Origin: Minisyncoccota bacterium
Lineage (GTDB): Bacteria > Patescibacteriota > Minisyncoccia > Phycocordibacterales > UBA2100
NCBI GenBank assembly: GCA_035500505.1
Contig: DATJXE010000003.1
Span: 70,921-134,920, forward strand
DNA length: 64,000 nucleotides
Direction of reading: 5' to 3'
The notes below the pieces were generated by a model that was given only the letters and a program-made list of their open reading frames with translations, did no database searches and was not told the DNA's origin. Positions 46,160 through 55,290 of this stretch are shown one piece after another (within the stretch, counting starts at the first letter, position 1; each line of letters starts with the position of its first letter). The position numbers were made by a program, and so were the translations under genes.

Positions 46160-47014
46160 CTACGGCAAGACCGAAGCGAAAGAGAGTGCGACAGAGAACA
46201 CGAGCAGGACGGCGAGCGAAATAAAAAAGAGTTTCCGCGCCCACGCATCCTCATTTTCTGCCGTGAATCCCTGCGTCGCGAAGCCGAACCAAACGAGTGC
46301 CGCAAGTTCGACGACAAGTACGTACGCATATCCCGCATACCCAAGGAATGTCAGGAGCGATGCGGCGAGCGCGAAGCCGATGATATAGAGAAGAATCTGC
46401 CGCTTGGTCTCATGCGTCCCCTTCCGGAGCGGCAAGACGGGGATCCCGGCAGCCGCATATTCCCGGGAGCGGTACGTGGCGATCGAAAAGAAGTGTGGCA
46501 TCTGCCACAGCGCGAGTATCAGAAAAAGGATGAGTGCGACTAAGTCGAGCCTGTCCGCGACCGCGACATAGCCGACGACGATGGGCACTGCGCCGGCAAG
46601 GCTGCCTATCTCGGTCGCCCAGTGCGTCGTTCGTTTGGAAAAGCTGTACACGAACACGTAGATGAGGAATCCGGCGAGCGCGACCAGCGCCGCCAACACG
46701 TTGACAAAAACGAGGAGGAGCGCGAAGCCGACGACGCCAAGCACGCCGGCGAACACGAACGCGTTCGTATTGGAAATAGCGCCCGTTGCAAGTGCCCTGT
46801 CCTTAGTGCGCTCCATGTTCTTATCGATGTCTCGATCGAGGTAGTTGTTGATCACGCATGCGGAGGCGATGACGAATCCGAGCCCGAAGACGGTACCCAA
46901 AAAATTCTCCGCATTGACCTGCCAGCGCGAGGCAAAGAAATATGCTGCAACGGTCGTGATCAAATTCCCGTAGATGATGCCCGGCTTCGCGAGGTTGTAG
47001 TAGGTTTTGAACAT
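46160..47014 (-). CDS. cyoE: Protoheme IX farnesyltransferase (heme O synthase)
   Basis: UbiA fold, 284 aa, terminal gene of the cyo operon. Confidence 0.85.
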   Translation of the reverse strand: MFKTYYNLAKPGIIYGNLITTVAAYFFASRWQVNAENFLGTVFGLGFVIASACVINNYLDRDIDKNMERTKDRALATGAISNTNAFVFAGVLGVVGFALLLVFVNVLAALVALAGFLIYVFVYSFSKRTTHWATEIGSLAGAVPIVVGYVAVADRLDLVALILFLILALWQMPHFFSIATYRSREYAAAGIPVLPLRKGTHETKRQILLYIIGFALAASLLTFLGYAGYAYVLVVELAALVWFGFATQGFTAENEDAWARKLFFISLAVLLVFSVALSFASVLP

Positions 47015-47017
47015 AGA

Positions 47018-47527
47018 TTAAAAATCCAATTCCATTCTGACCCAGTTATCTTCTCGCCCTGTCTCTCTGAACCCCCAGCGCTCATATATTTCCTGAGCCT
47101 CTTCATTGTCTTGGTCGGTCAGGAGGTACATCCCTTTGGGAGAGTGGGGGGAGTGTTGCGCGCGCTCTTTCGCGTTGCGGAAAAGTTGCCCGCCTATTTT
47201 CTTCTTTTGTAACTCCGTGCGCACATAGAATCGCCTGAATTGAAAACGCTCATGCTCCGGCCTCCAGAACATTCCGCACATCCCCACCACTTGGCCCTGT
47301 CTCTTGGCAACGAGAAAGTACTCATCCTCGCCCGCTTTTTCGATTACCGGTATTAATTCCTTTATCCCTTCTTCGGGAATTATCGAACCCACATTTTCTT
47401 CTGGAAGTTTACCGGCATCCATGCGGGCCACAATGTTTTCGTACCGAAGTTGTGCCATTGCTGGCAGATCTTCCGCTCGCGCCACCTCGATGATGACCGG
47501 TATGCGCTCCAGCTTGGAATCGTCCAT
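47018..47527 (-). CDS. GNAT acetyltransferase embedded in the cyo operon
   Basis: Acetyl-CoA binding motif QVVGMCGM...RRFYV; internal Met start. Confidence 0.55.
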   Translation of the reverse strand: MDDSKLERIPVIIEVARAEDLPAMAQLRYENIVARMDAGKLPEENVGSIIPEEGIKELIPVIEKAGEDEYFLVAKRQGQVVGMCGMFWRPEHERFQFRRFYVRTELQKKKIGGQLFRNAKERAQHSPHSPKGMYLLTDQDNEEAQEIYERWGFRETGREDNWVRMELDF

Positions 47528-47529
47528 AT

Positions 47530-47910
47530 TCAAAATCCGCCCTGGCTTTGCATATACTGCTCCATCTGCGACGCATCCGGCATCATGCGCAAATTCAGAC
47601 TGAACATGATCCATAGCGAACCGGAGACCAGGATGCCAACGACGAGAATCGCGAACCCAAAAATGACAAGCCGTTTACGCGAAGCGCTTCCTCGCCCGAG
47701 GTGGAGAAAACACACGACCTGCACGATGAACTGCACGAGCGCGGCCGCGACAATGGCTGCGACGAGCCTCACTTGCGGAAGCGCGTGTTGTGCGACGAGA
47801 ACGTAGGCGCCGAGCGTGAGCGCAAGCGAGAGAACGAAGCCCGCGACATAGGCGCGTGCAATCCCGTGCGAATGAGGCCACGCGCCGATCTCCTCGAAAT
47901 AGTTTTTCAT
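47530..47910 (-). CDS. cyoD: Cytochrome bo3 oxidase subunit IV-like small membrane protein
   Basis: Three TM helices; position after cyoC. Confidence 0.6.
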   Translation of the reverse strand: MKNYFEEIGAWPHSHGIARAYVAGFVLSLALTLGAYVLVAQHALPQVRLVAAIVAAALVQFIVQVVCFLHLGRGSASRKRLVIFGFAILVVGILVSGSLWIMFSLNLRMMPDASQMEQYMQSQGGF

Positions 47911-48515
47911 AGCGCTCCCATCAAATATACGATGGTAAATATGAATATCCATACGATGTCGAGAAAGTGCCAAAAAAGGCTAAACAGAGCCAATTTTCGC
48001 ATATTGCCCCTCGAGAATCCGCGCTTGAGGATGGCGATCGTGAGCGAGAGCAGCCACAGGAGGCCAACGGCGACGTGAAGCCCGTGCGTGCCGACCAGCG
48101 TGAAGTACGCCGAGAGGAATCCGCTGTGCGAGGGACCGTATCCTTGCGCGACGAGGCGCGTGAACTCCGAAACTTCCATCCCGACGAATGCCGCTCCGAG
48201 AACGAATGTCGTCGAAAGCAACAGAATCGCCGCTTGCACTTTGTCAGCGCGCGCGGCAAGGAGCGCGAGGCCGCAGGTGAAACTGCTCGTAAGGAGTGCG
48301 ATCGTTTCGATGAGCACGTACGGCAAGTTGAAGATGTTGCCCATCGAGGACCCTCCGAATGCGGGGCCGCGCAAGACGGCGAACACGGCGAACAGGCTCG
48401 CGAAGAGCACCAAGTCGGTCATGAGGTACGCCCAGAATCCGAAAACGGCGGTAGAATCCGCCGCGCGTTCTTCGGGAGAAAGGGTGTCGCTCGCGTGGGC
48501 TTGGGTTTCCATCAT
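47907..48515 (-). CDS. cyoC: Cytochrome bo3 ubiquinol oxidase subunit III
   Basis: Five-TM COX3 fold. Confidence 0.85.
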   Translation of the reverse strand: MMETQAHASDTLSPEERAADSTAVFGFWAYLMTDLVLFASLFAVFAVLRGPAFGGSSMGNIFNLPYVLIETIALLTSSFTCGLALLAARADKVQAAILLLSTTFVLGAAFVGMEVSEFTRLVAQGYGPSHSGFLSAYFTLVGTHGLHVAVGLLWLLSLTIAILKRGFSRGNMRKLALFSLFWHFLDIVWIFIFTIVYLMGAL

Positions 48516-50497
48516 ACGGTTATCGCTTCGTCTCGTCGCAATCCGGCCTCACGGTGCACGATCTCGGACGCGGTGACGACATATTCCGCGTCCTCGTCGA
48601 ACGTGCGCGCGAGCGCGGTCACGATAGCGCCGAGCGCGCCGAATATCACGAGCCACCAGATGTGCCAGACCGCGCCGAACCCGAACGCGAAGACGAACGT
48701 TGCAATGATGAGCCCTGCAGCACTCTCTTTGGGCATATGGAAGTCTTCCGCCTGCATGTCGTGGTGTATCTTCGTGTGTTTGTATGCCCAAAACTGATCG
48801 CGCGCATGGACGAGCGGAAGTGCCGCGAAATTGTACGCGGGCGGGGGCGAAGCGACCGACCACTCGAGCGTGCGGCCGCGCCACGGATCGCTGCCGACCT
48901 TGTTTGCGTGCCGCTTCCTGATGCTCGCGATGAGCTGCGCGACCTGGCAACAAAAACCGAGTGCTATCAGAACGGCGCCGACTCCCGCAACCGCAAAAAG
49001 CGGCTGCCAGCCCAGCGCGGCGGAATAATGGTCGAGCCGCCTCGTCGCGCCCTCGAGACCAAGGAGGTAGAGCGGGCCGAACGCAAGGATGAATCCGGTG
49101 AGCCACAACCAGAACGCGCGCCTTCCCCACTTTTCATCGAACGTAAAGCCGAAGAATTTCGGGAACCAGTACGTGAGTCCCGCAAAGTAGCCGAAAAGCA
49201 CGCCGGAAACTATCATCGTGTGAAAGTGCGCGACGAGAAAGAGCGAGTTGTGCAATTCGTAGTCGGCCGGTGGTTCCGCCATGACGACGCCCGCGACCCC
49301 ACCCAGCGTGAAGAGCACGACGAACCCGATGAACCACAGCATCGGTGTGGTGAAGCGGATGCGTCCACGGTACATCGTGAAGAGCCAGTTGAATATCTTG
49401 ACGCCCGTCGGCACCGCGATGACCGCCGTCATGATGCCGAAGAACGCGTTCACATCCGCCTCCGCGCCCATCGTGAAAAAGTGGTGCAGCCATACGATGA
49501 ACGACAGCACAACAATGGCCCAAATGGAGAGCACCATCGACGTGTACCCGGCAAGTTTCTTGCTCGAAAAAACGGGCACGATCTCGGAAAACACCCCGAA
49601 CGCCGGCAAAATGAGGATGTAGACCTCCGGATGTCCCCACGCCCATATCAAATTGACGTACATCATCATGTTGCCGCCTCCGCCTGCGGTGAAAAAATGC
49701 ATGCCCGCGGTGCGGTCGAGCCACAAAAGCGCGAGGGTCACAGTGAGGATCGGGAACGCGAACACGACGAGCGACATCGAACCGAGCGTCGTCCAGGTGA
49801 ACATCGGAAGGCGCATCCAGGTCATGCCCTTCGCGCGCTTCTTCACGATGGTCGCGATGAAATTCACCCCCGAGAGGAGGCTTCCCAAGCCCCCGATCTG
49901 CAGTCCCCATATCCAATAATCAACCCCAACGGTCGGCGAATATTGAAGTTCCGAAAGCGGCGGATACGCGAGCCAGCCTGCGGTCGAGAAGTCGCCCAAC
50001 AAAAGCGAACAGTTGATGAGCGCCGCACCGGCAAAAAAGAGCCAGAAGCTCAAGGAATTCAAGAATGGGAACGCAACGTCGCGCGTCCCTATCTGGAGTG
50101 GCACAACGAGGTTGATGAGCCCGAACATGAGTCCCATCGCGACGAAAAAGATCATGATAGAACCGTGCGCGGAGAATATTTGTTGGAAATGGTTCGCGCT
50201 CACGATGCCGAACGAATCGCCCACCGAGGTCGCCTGCTGCGCGCGAAGGAGGAGCGCGTCGACGCCGCCGCGCACGAGCATGATGCCCGCGACCGTGATG
50301 TACATGATGCCGATCTTTTTTGGGTCGAGCGATGTAAACCACTCCTTCCACAGCCATCGCCATGAACCGGAGAAGGTGACGAAGGCGAGTACGGCCAGTA
50401 TGCAGGCCACCATATAGATGGCGCCGCCCCACGCGATCGGATTCTGCGGGAGAACCGACCACGAAAGCTTGCCGAATATGAGTTCCTGCCAGTTCAT
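48512..50497 (-). CDS. cyoB: Cytochrome bo3 ubiquinol oxidase subunit I (heme-copper oxidase)
   Basis: 661 aa with conserved His ligands and the WAHHMF region. Confidence 0.9.
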   Translation of the reverse strand: MNWQELIFGKLSWSVLPQNPIAWGGAIYMVACILAVLAFVTFSGSWRWLWKEWFTSLDPKKIGIMYITVAGIMLVRGGVDALLLRAQQATSVGDSFGIVSANHFQQIFSAHGSIMIFFVAMGLMFGLINLVVPLQIGTRDVAFPFLNSLSFWLFFAGAALINCSLLLGDFSTAGWLAYPPLSELQYSPTVGVDYWIWGLQIGGLGSLLSGVNFIATIVKKRAKGMTWMRLPMFTWTTLGSMSLVVFAFPILTVTLALLWLDRTAGMHFFTAGGGGNMMMYVNLIWAWGHPEVYILILPAFGVFSEIVPVFSSKKLAGYTSMVLSIWAIVVLSFIVWLHHFFTMGAEADVNAFFGIMTAVIAVPTGVKIFNWLFTMYRGRIRFTTPMLWFIGFVVLFTLGGVAGVVMAEPPADYELHNSLFLVAHFHTMIVSGVLFGYFAGLTYWFPKFFGFTFDEKWGRRAFWLWLTGFILAFGPLYLLGLEGATRRLDHYSAALGWQPLFAVAGVGAVLIALGFCCQVAQLIASIRKRHANKVGSDPWRGRTLEWSVASPPPAYNFAALPLVHARDQFWAYKHTKIHHDMQAEDFHMPKESAAGLIIATFVFAFGFGAVWHIWWLVIFGALGAIVTALARTFDEDAEYVVTASEIVHREAGLRRDEAITV

Positions 50498-51423
50498 GGT
50501 GTCATGTTCATTCCCTGCATTCCATCCGCCGTCGAGGCGGGATCCATCATCATGCCACTGCCGGGAGTCATGTATTTATTTTCTACGGAACCAAACAGGT
50601 CCACGGAAACCGGCCAGTAGTACGAGACAGGATTATACTCGGTCGGCTGGGCGAGCGACGCGTATGAACTCTCTGTAAGTGGCGCAAGTCCGGTCTTGGC
50701 GGCGGTCACCCATTGATCGAACTGCGTTTGCGGAACGGCTCGCGCAGTGAACGCCATGCCCGAGAAGCCGTCGCCGCTTATGTTGCCGGAGAAGCCGTTG
50801 AAGTCTCCCGTGCGGCTTGCCATGAGATTGAGTTGCGTGGTCATGCCGGGCATCGCCATGATCTGACCCCCGAGTTGCGGTATCCAAAAGGAATTCATCG
50901 GTGCATCGGCAGTGAGATAAAAATGGACCGGTGTCCCAACGGGAAATTCGACGAGGTTCACGCTCGCGATGCCTTGTTCGGGATAAATGAAGAGCCACTT
51001 CCAGTCGAGAGCGACGACGTCGATGGTCATCGAAGGAGTGTTCGCTTGGAGCGGTTTGTAGGGATCGAGTGCGTGGGAACTTTGCCAGGCGATGATACCG
51101 AGGATGAAAATGATGATGGCGGGGACGACCCACCAGACAACCTCGGCGACCCAGTTGTAGTGGTCCCATTCGGAATGATGCTCGTGCAGGGCCGCGTGGC
51201 CGCCTTCGCGGTAGCGCCACGAGAACGCGAAAAGCATTACGAAAACCGGCACGACAACAAGTGCGCACAAAAGGAGTGTAGTGAATATGATGTTCCTCTC
51301 CGCGAGCGCGACGGGCCCGGCAGGGTCGAGGATGGCGATGTTGGCGTGCTGTGCATAGATGACGGTCGCGACCACAAGCAAAGCAACGCCGGCGCACAGC
51401 AGGAATACCGAGAAGCGGCTCAT
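50494..51423 (-). CDS. cyoA: Cytochrome bo3 ubiquinol oxidase subunit II (quinol-type, no CuA site)
   Basis: Close match to E. coli CyoA around NSFWIPQLGGQIMAMPGMTTQLNL; TGCTACACT box 8 nt upstream. Confidence 0.85.
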   Translation of the reverse strand: MSRFSVFLLCAGVALLVVATVIYAQHANIAILDPAGPVALAERNIIFTTLLLCALVVVPVFVMLFAFSWRYREGGHAALHEHHSEWDHYNWVAEVVWWVVPAIIIFILGIIAWQSSHALDPYKPLQANTPSMTIDVVALDWKWLFIYPEQGIASVNLVEFPVGTPVHFYLTADAPMNSFWIPQLGGQIMAMPGMTTQLNLMASRTGDFNGFSGNISGDGFSGMAFTARAVPQTQFDQWVTAAKTGLAPLTESSYASLAQPTEYNPVSYYWPVSVDLFGSVENKYMTPGSGMMMDPASTADGMQGMNMTP

Positions 51424-51484
51424 TCTCTCAAGTGTAGCACCGCGAAATCGGGCGCGGCGCGATGCGAAACGCCAAGGCAAGACC

Positions 51485-52054
51485 TCACATTTGCGACGAC
51501 GTGGCGGTATCGAGTAACCGATCGGGTATCAATTCTTCTCCGTACGTTGTTGGCTGGAGCGGCGGCACCGTCCCCGGCAGGATCACCGTCGCGTTTATCC
51601 TCACGTCCGTGCCGATATCGGCGGAAGTGCCGCCTGCGGGTATCGCTCGCACAAAGGGCACCTTCTCAAGGAGCAATTTGTTCCCGGCACCATCCACGAG
51701 GGTTATATCAGCATTCTTGTTACACAGGAGCTGCAGTGCCTGCTGGTTGACCTCAAAACTATCCCGGTCGTCCGGATACGCATTCTGGTCCTCGAGGTGC
51801 TCCTTTATGTCGTGCAAGACGGCGATCAGTACTGGTTGCAATTCTTCGCAATTGCTCTCGACGCCGCCGGACGAATCTTCGTTCAATACCGTGGTGAAAG
51901 GTCCTATCTCGAGGCTTTGTCCGAGGCTTTGGTCGAATCCCGGCCCGTTATTCTTCCCTTCCGGGTGTTCCGTGAATTCATGGTAGGAAAAAAGGAGCAT
52001 GACGACGAGCAGGACACCGATAGCGACTGCGCTGATCTTTTCGAAGGTACTCAT
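51485..52054 (-). CDS. Secreted/membrane-anchored protein upstream of cyoA, unknown function
   Basis: N-terminal TM anchor; acidic soluble domain. Confidence 0.45.
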   Translation of the reverse strand: MSTFEKISAVAIGVLLVVMLLFSYHEFTEHPEGKNNGPGFDQSLGQSLEIGPFTTVLNEDSSGGVESNCEELQPVLIAVLHDIKEHLEDQNAYPDDRDSFEVNQQALQLLCNKNADITLVDGAGNKLLLEKVPFVRAIPAGGTSADIGTDVRINATVILPGTVPPLQPTTYGEELIPDRLLDTATSSQM

Positions 52055-52057
52055 AGG

Positions 52058-52348
52058 TCAATCGTCGTCTCGCTCCCCATCATACCCCCGGATGCGCGGT
52101 TGTGCGGGCACGGCTGGCTGGGTCGAGGTCGGGATCGTCGGAGCCGTCACCTGGACGTCGTTGGTCACACTCGTCGGGGGAGCGGGTGCCGGAGCGACCT
52201 GCGATGTTTCCGTTTCCGCGGCGGGAGCGGCTGAAGGTTGTGCCTGTTCAAGTCGCTCCTGTCCTTGTAAATACGATGCGCCGTACACAAGGCCCGACAA
52301 AAGTACGAGGCCCCAGGCGAATTGCATATGTTCTTTGAAGAAGTTCAT
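52058..52348 (-). CDS. Small membrane-anchored Pro/Ala/Thr-rich protein
   Basis: One TM helix; 4-nt overlap with upstream gene. Confidence 0.4.
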   Translation of the reverse strand: MNFFKEHMQFAWGLVLLSGLVYGASYLQGQERLEQAQPSAAPAAETETSQVAPAPAPPTSVTNDVQVTAPTIPTSTQPAVPAQPRIRGYDGERDDD

Positions 52349-53829
52349 GCGAAGCCAGGGAAGAAATCGCTCTTGATCCTGAAGCGTGAGATACCCATTG
52401 CGTGCAAGGTTTTCTTGAACGATTCCACCATGCCGTGCGGGCCGGATATGTAGAACATGCGCTCGTGGAAATCCGGAACTTCCTTCGCGATGAGCGGCAT
52501 GTCTATCGTGTTGCCGGTCGCATAGACCGTCTTGATGCCGAGTTCCGCCTGCGCGCGGTCCAAGAGCGGTTTGTATGCGATGTCGGCGGGCGTTCTGTTC
52601 GCGTATAAGAGGACGATGTCGCGTTTCTCCTTGGTGCCGAGCAGATATTCGATCATGCTGCGGAACGGCGTGATGCCGATACCTCCGGCGATGAACACCA
52701 ATTTTTTATCCCTATTGCGGGGCAAAACGAACCCGCCTGCCAGATGGGAAACGGATATCGTGCCGCCGACTTTCATCGCGCCGAGGGTGCGCTTGAACGT
52801 GCTCGCGGGCGCGTAAAATTTCACGCCCAAGCGCACGTGCGGCTCGGTGGGGGCCGACGCGAGCGTGAAATAACGCCTGTTCCCGCGGTCGTCTGGATAC
52901 CGGTGAGAAAGCGTCCACTCCATGTACTGCCCCGGCTTGAACGAGAACGGGCGATCCGACGTGAAGATGAAATCGTATGCGTCTTTTGCCGCCTGCTCGA
53001 TCCGAACGAGGGTGAGCGTAAAGCGACCCTTCGGGCTTACGACGTAGGAGAATACGTTGCCGGCGAGGAGCGCGAGTTCCGGCGTCATGTAGAAGCTCCC
53101 GATGTGGATGTTGGGCGCAAAAAAGAAGCCGACCAGTGCGCCATAGCACACGCGCAGCAGTCTGTTCGGAGGAGTGGTCAGAGGCTCGGTGAGCATGACG
53201 AATCCCAAGAAGAAAAACGAGGAGTGCAGGAGTGTCTGCGTGATTGGTGTCAGGTAATCGCCGGTCGAGGTCGTGGCCAATGTGGTCGCGAGGGCAACGA
53301 TGGCGAACGAGCCCACAAGGTCGAAGCGTTGTATCTTGCGAACGACAAGGAGTCCGCCGATCACTACGATTGGCATGAGCCACGCATTGCCGCCGACCCA
53401 CCACGTTGCCGGTTCATTGATGACCAGCGCGGAGAGCGCGACGGCGAACGCTGCGGGGTTGAAGACGTGTTTTTTCCCTATCGCGAAGATGTACTTCGAG
53501 GCCATCGCCCACACGGAAGCGAACACGAGGAAGCCGACCCCGGCGTGATCGCTTGCCGTGACCGGAGAAATGATAAGAACGAGTATGAGCGCGGTGATGT
53601 AGACGGATTCGATGTTGGTCTCGGCCTTGAACGTCCGCGCGAAAACCCAGTTCGTCGCCATGCACACGAGCGTGATAAGAATGGCGGAAAACGCCAGCGA
53701 GGCCGGGTCGTACTGGAGCAATCCGAAAAAACCGAGTGCGAACGCGGTCAGCACGAGGACCACCAAGTAGTACAGCACCAGGCGGTACATCGTGATGCGG
53801 TTGAGTATGTCGTCGATGAACGTGATCAT
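52345..53829 (-). CDS. Membrane flavoprotein: polytopic N-terminal domain fused to a ferredoxin-NADP(H)-reductase-like FAD/NAD(P)-binding domain
   Basis: ~7 TM helices, then RRYFTLASAP (RxYS FAD motif) and VFIAGGIGITP NAD(P) motif; no Cys cluster for an Fe-S centre. Confidence 0.65.
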   Translation of the reverse strand: MITFIDDILNRITMYRLVLYYLVVLVLTAFALGFFGLLQYDPASLAFSAILITLVCMATNWVFARTFKAETNIESVYITALILVLIISPVTASDHAGVGFLVFASVWAMASKYIFAIGKKHVFNPAAFAVALSALVINEPATWWVGGNAWLMPIVVIGGLLVVRKIQRFDLVGSFAIVALATTLATTSTGDYLTPITQTLLHSSFFFLGFVMLTEPLTTPPNRLLRVCYGALVGFFFAPNIHIGSFYMTPELALLAGNVFSYVVSPKGRFTLTLVRIEQAAKDAYDFIFTSDRPFSFKPGQYMEWTLSHRYPDDRGNRRYFTLASAPTEPHVRLGVKFYAPASTFKRTLGAMKVGGTISVSHLAGGFVLPRNRDKKLVFIAGGIGITPFRSMIEYLLGTKEKRDIVLLYANRTPADIAYKPLLDRAQAELGIKTVYATGNTIDMPLIAKEVPDFHERMFYISGPHGMVESFKKTLHAMGISRFRIKSDFFPGFA

Positions 53830-54566
53830 GCGAGGTGGGAGCCAAGGCCGCTCGTCAGGGTCGCGATGCCGGCGCTGTCTATCGAGTACCCTTCGAAGCC
53901 TTCGAGTTTTTCTATGAAGTCGATGCCGCTTCGTCCCATCGCAAAGGCAGCCGTCGCGAAACGGTCTGCTTCGCAAACGTCCGGACCGACGACGGTGAGG
54001 CTCACGATGTCGGTGATCGGTACGCGCGGATCATGCGGATTGTAAATGTGATTGCCTCGCGCGGCGGTGCCCGATGTGGCGACGCCCGCGCCGCGCGGGT
54101 AGAGAACTTTTACTATCTGCTCGCGGTTGAAAGGGTTCCGGATGCCGATCGTCCACTCCTTCCCTTCGGCATTGTGTCCGTTCGTTTGTATGTCACCGCC
54201 TATCTCCAGGTAATAAGAATCGAATCCCGAAGCTTTGGCGAGGTCCGCGGCTTTCCGTATCGCCCAGCCCTTGACGATGCCAGAGGGGTCGAAGGTCCCG
54301 TCAGGACGACGGACGTTGAAGTATCCTGCCGTTTCCCTCATGGTCTTCTCGGCAAGTGATAGCACCTCCTGCATCTCTCGACTGTGGTTGGATGGTGCGA
54401 TGTTGCCGCGGTTGATATGCGCTACCTCGCTGTCGTCTCTGTACGTACTGAAACGCGCGTTGATCTCGTCCCACAGATCAAAAATGTGTTCGATCGGTTG
54501 AATATCGTCGCTCCCTACCAGTTCGACGGAAGCGGGCATGCCCATGATGATCCTGTGGTGTCGCAT
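53826..54566 (-). CDS. apbE: FAD:protein FMN transferase ApbE
   Basis: ApbE-family conserved core. Confidence 0.75.
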   Translation of the reverse strand: MRHHRIIMGMPASVELVGSDDIQPIEHIFDLWDEINARFSTYRDDSEVAHINRGNIAPSNHSREMQEVLSLAEKTMRETAGYFNVRRPDGTFDPSGIVKGWAIRKAADLAKASGFDSYYLEIGGDIQTNGHNAEGKEWTIGIRNPFNREQIVKVLYPRGAGVATSGTAARGNHIYNPHDPRVPITDIVSLTVVGPDVCEADRFATAAFAMGRSGIDFIEKLEGFEGYSIDSAGIATLTSGLGSHLA

Positions 54567-54568
54567 GG

Positions 54569-55126
54569 TCAGGTTTTTGCTTGAGCGAGCGCAGCGCCGA
54601 GCGACTGCCGGAACGCCGCACTGGTGTCGCTCGCGCCGGAAACTCCGCTGACATTCGCGCTTTGCGCTTGGATGGCTTCTTGGACGAGAAGTGGCATCGC
54701 CTGCCCGTTGATGTAACGCGACGTCCCGCGGTCGTTCGGATACTGCAGGAACGTGACGTCGATCAACTTTCCGCCGCTGACGGTCGCCTGAACCTGCACA
54801 TTCCCGTAGTAAGCATCCGCGACGCTCCCTGTGTAGCTGCCATCAATGTACTGCCCTTGCGGCTTGGGTGTCGGAGTGGGCGTTGGAGTCGGTGCCTGGG
54901 TCTGTGTTTGAGGAGGTGGTTGAGTCTGGACCTGAGATGGCTGCTGAGACGTGGTTTGTTGTGGGGGAACTGTGGGGCTGGGGATGGAAGACGTCAGCAC
55001 AACGGAGGTCGGGGGAGTTGTTTGGGACGATGTCGGTTGCGCTGCTGAGCCCCCCGAAAGGTATTGATATGCAACGTAGCCTCCGGAGGCCAGAAATACG
55101 AAAAGTGATAGGAAAAATTTCTTCAT
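54569..55126 (-). CDS. Extracytoplasmic FMN-binding domain protein (NqrC/RnfG-like), likely ApbE substrate
   Basis: Signal/TM anchor, Pro/Thr/Gln linker, FMN_bind domain with SGAS-DTS flavinylation-type motif. Confidence 0.65.
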   Translation of the reverse strand: MKKFFLSLFVFLASGGYVAYQYLSGGSAAQPTSSQTTPPTSVVLTSSIPSPTVPPQQTTSQQPSQVQTQPPPQTQTQAPTPTPTPTPKPQGQYIDGSYTGSVADAYYGNVQVQATVSGGKLIDVTFLQYPNDRGTSRYINGQAMPLLVQEAIQAQSANVSGVSGASDTSAAFRQSLGAALAQAKT

Positions 55127-55290
55127 ATACACAAGCATTATACGTTCTTCGTGCTTCCAATATTGCACTCGGCCCACCGATGCAAAATGCATCCTGCGAC
55201 GTGGCCCGGTCTCGGAATGACCGCCTCAAAACTGTGTAAAGGTTTCTTGGTGAGTTGATAGTTAGACGGATTCAAGAGGAGCAGTCTAGC

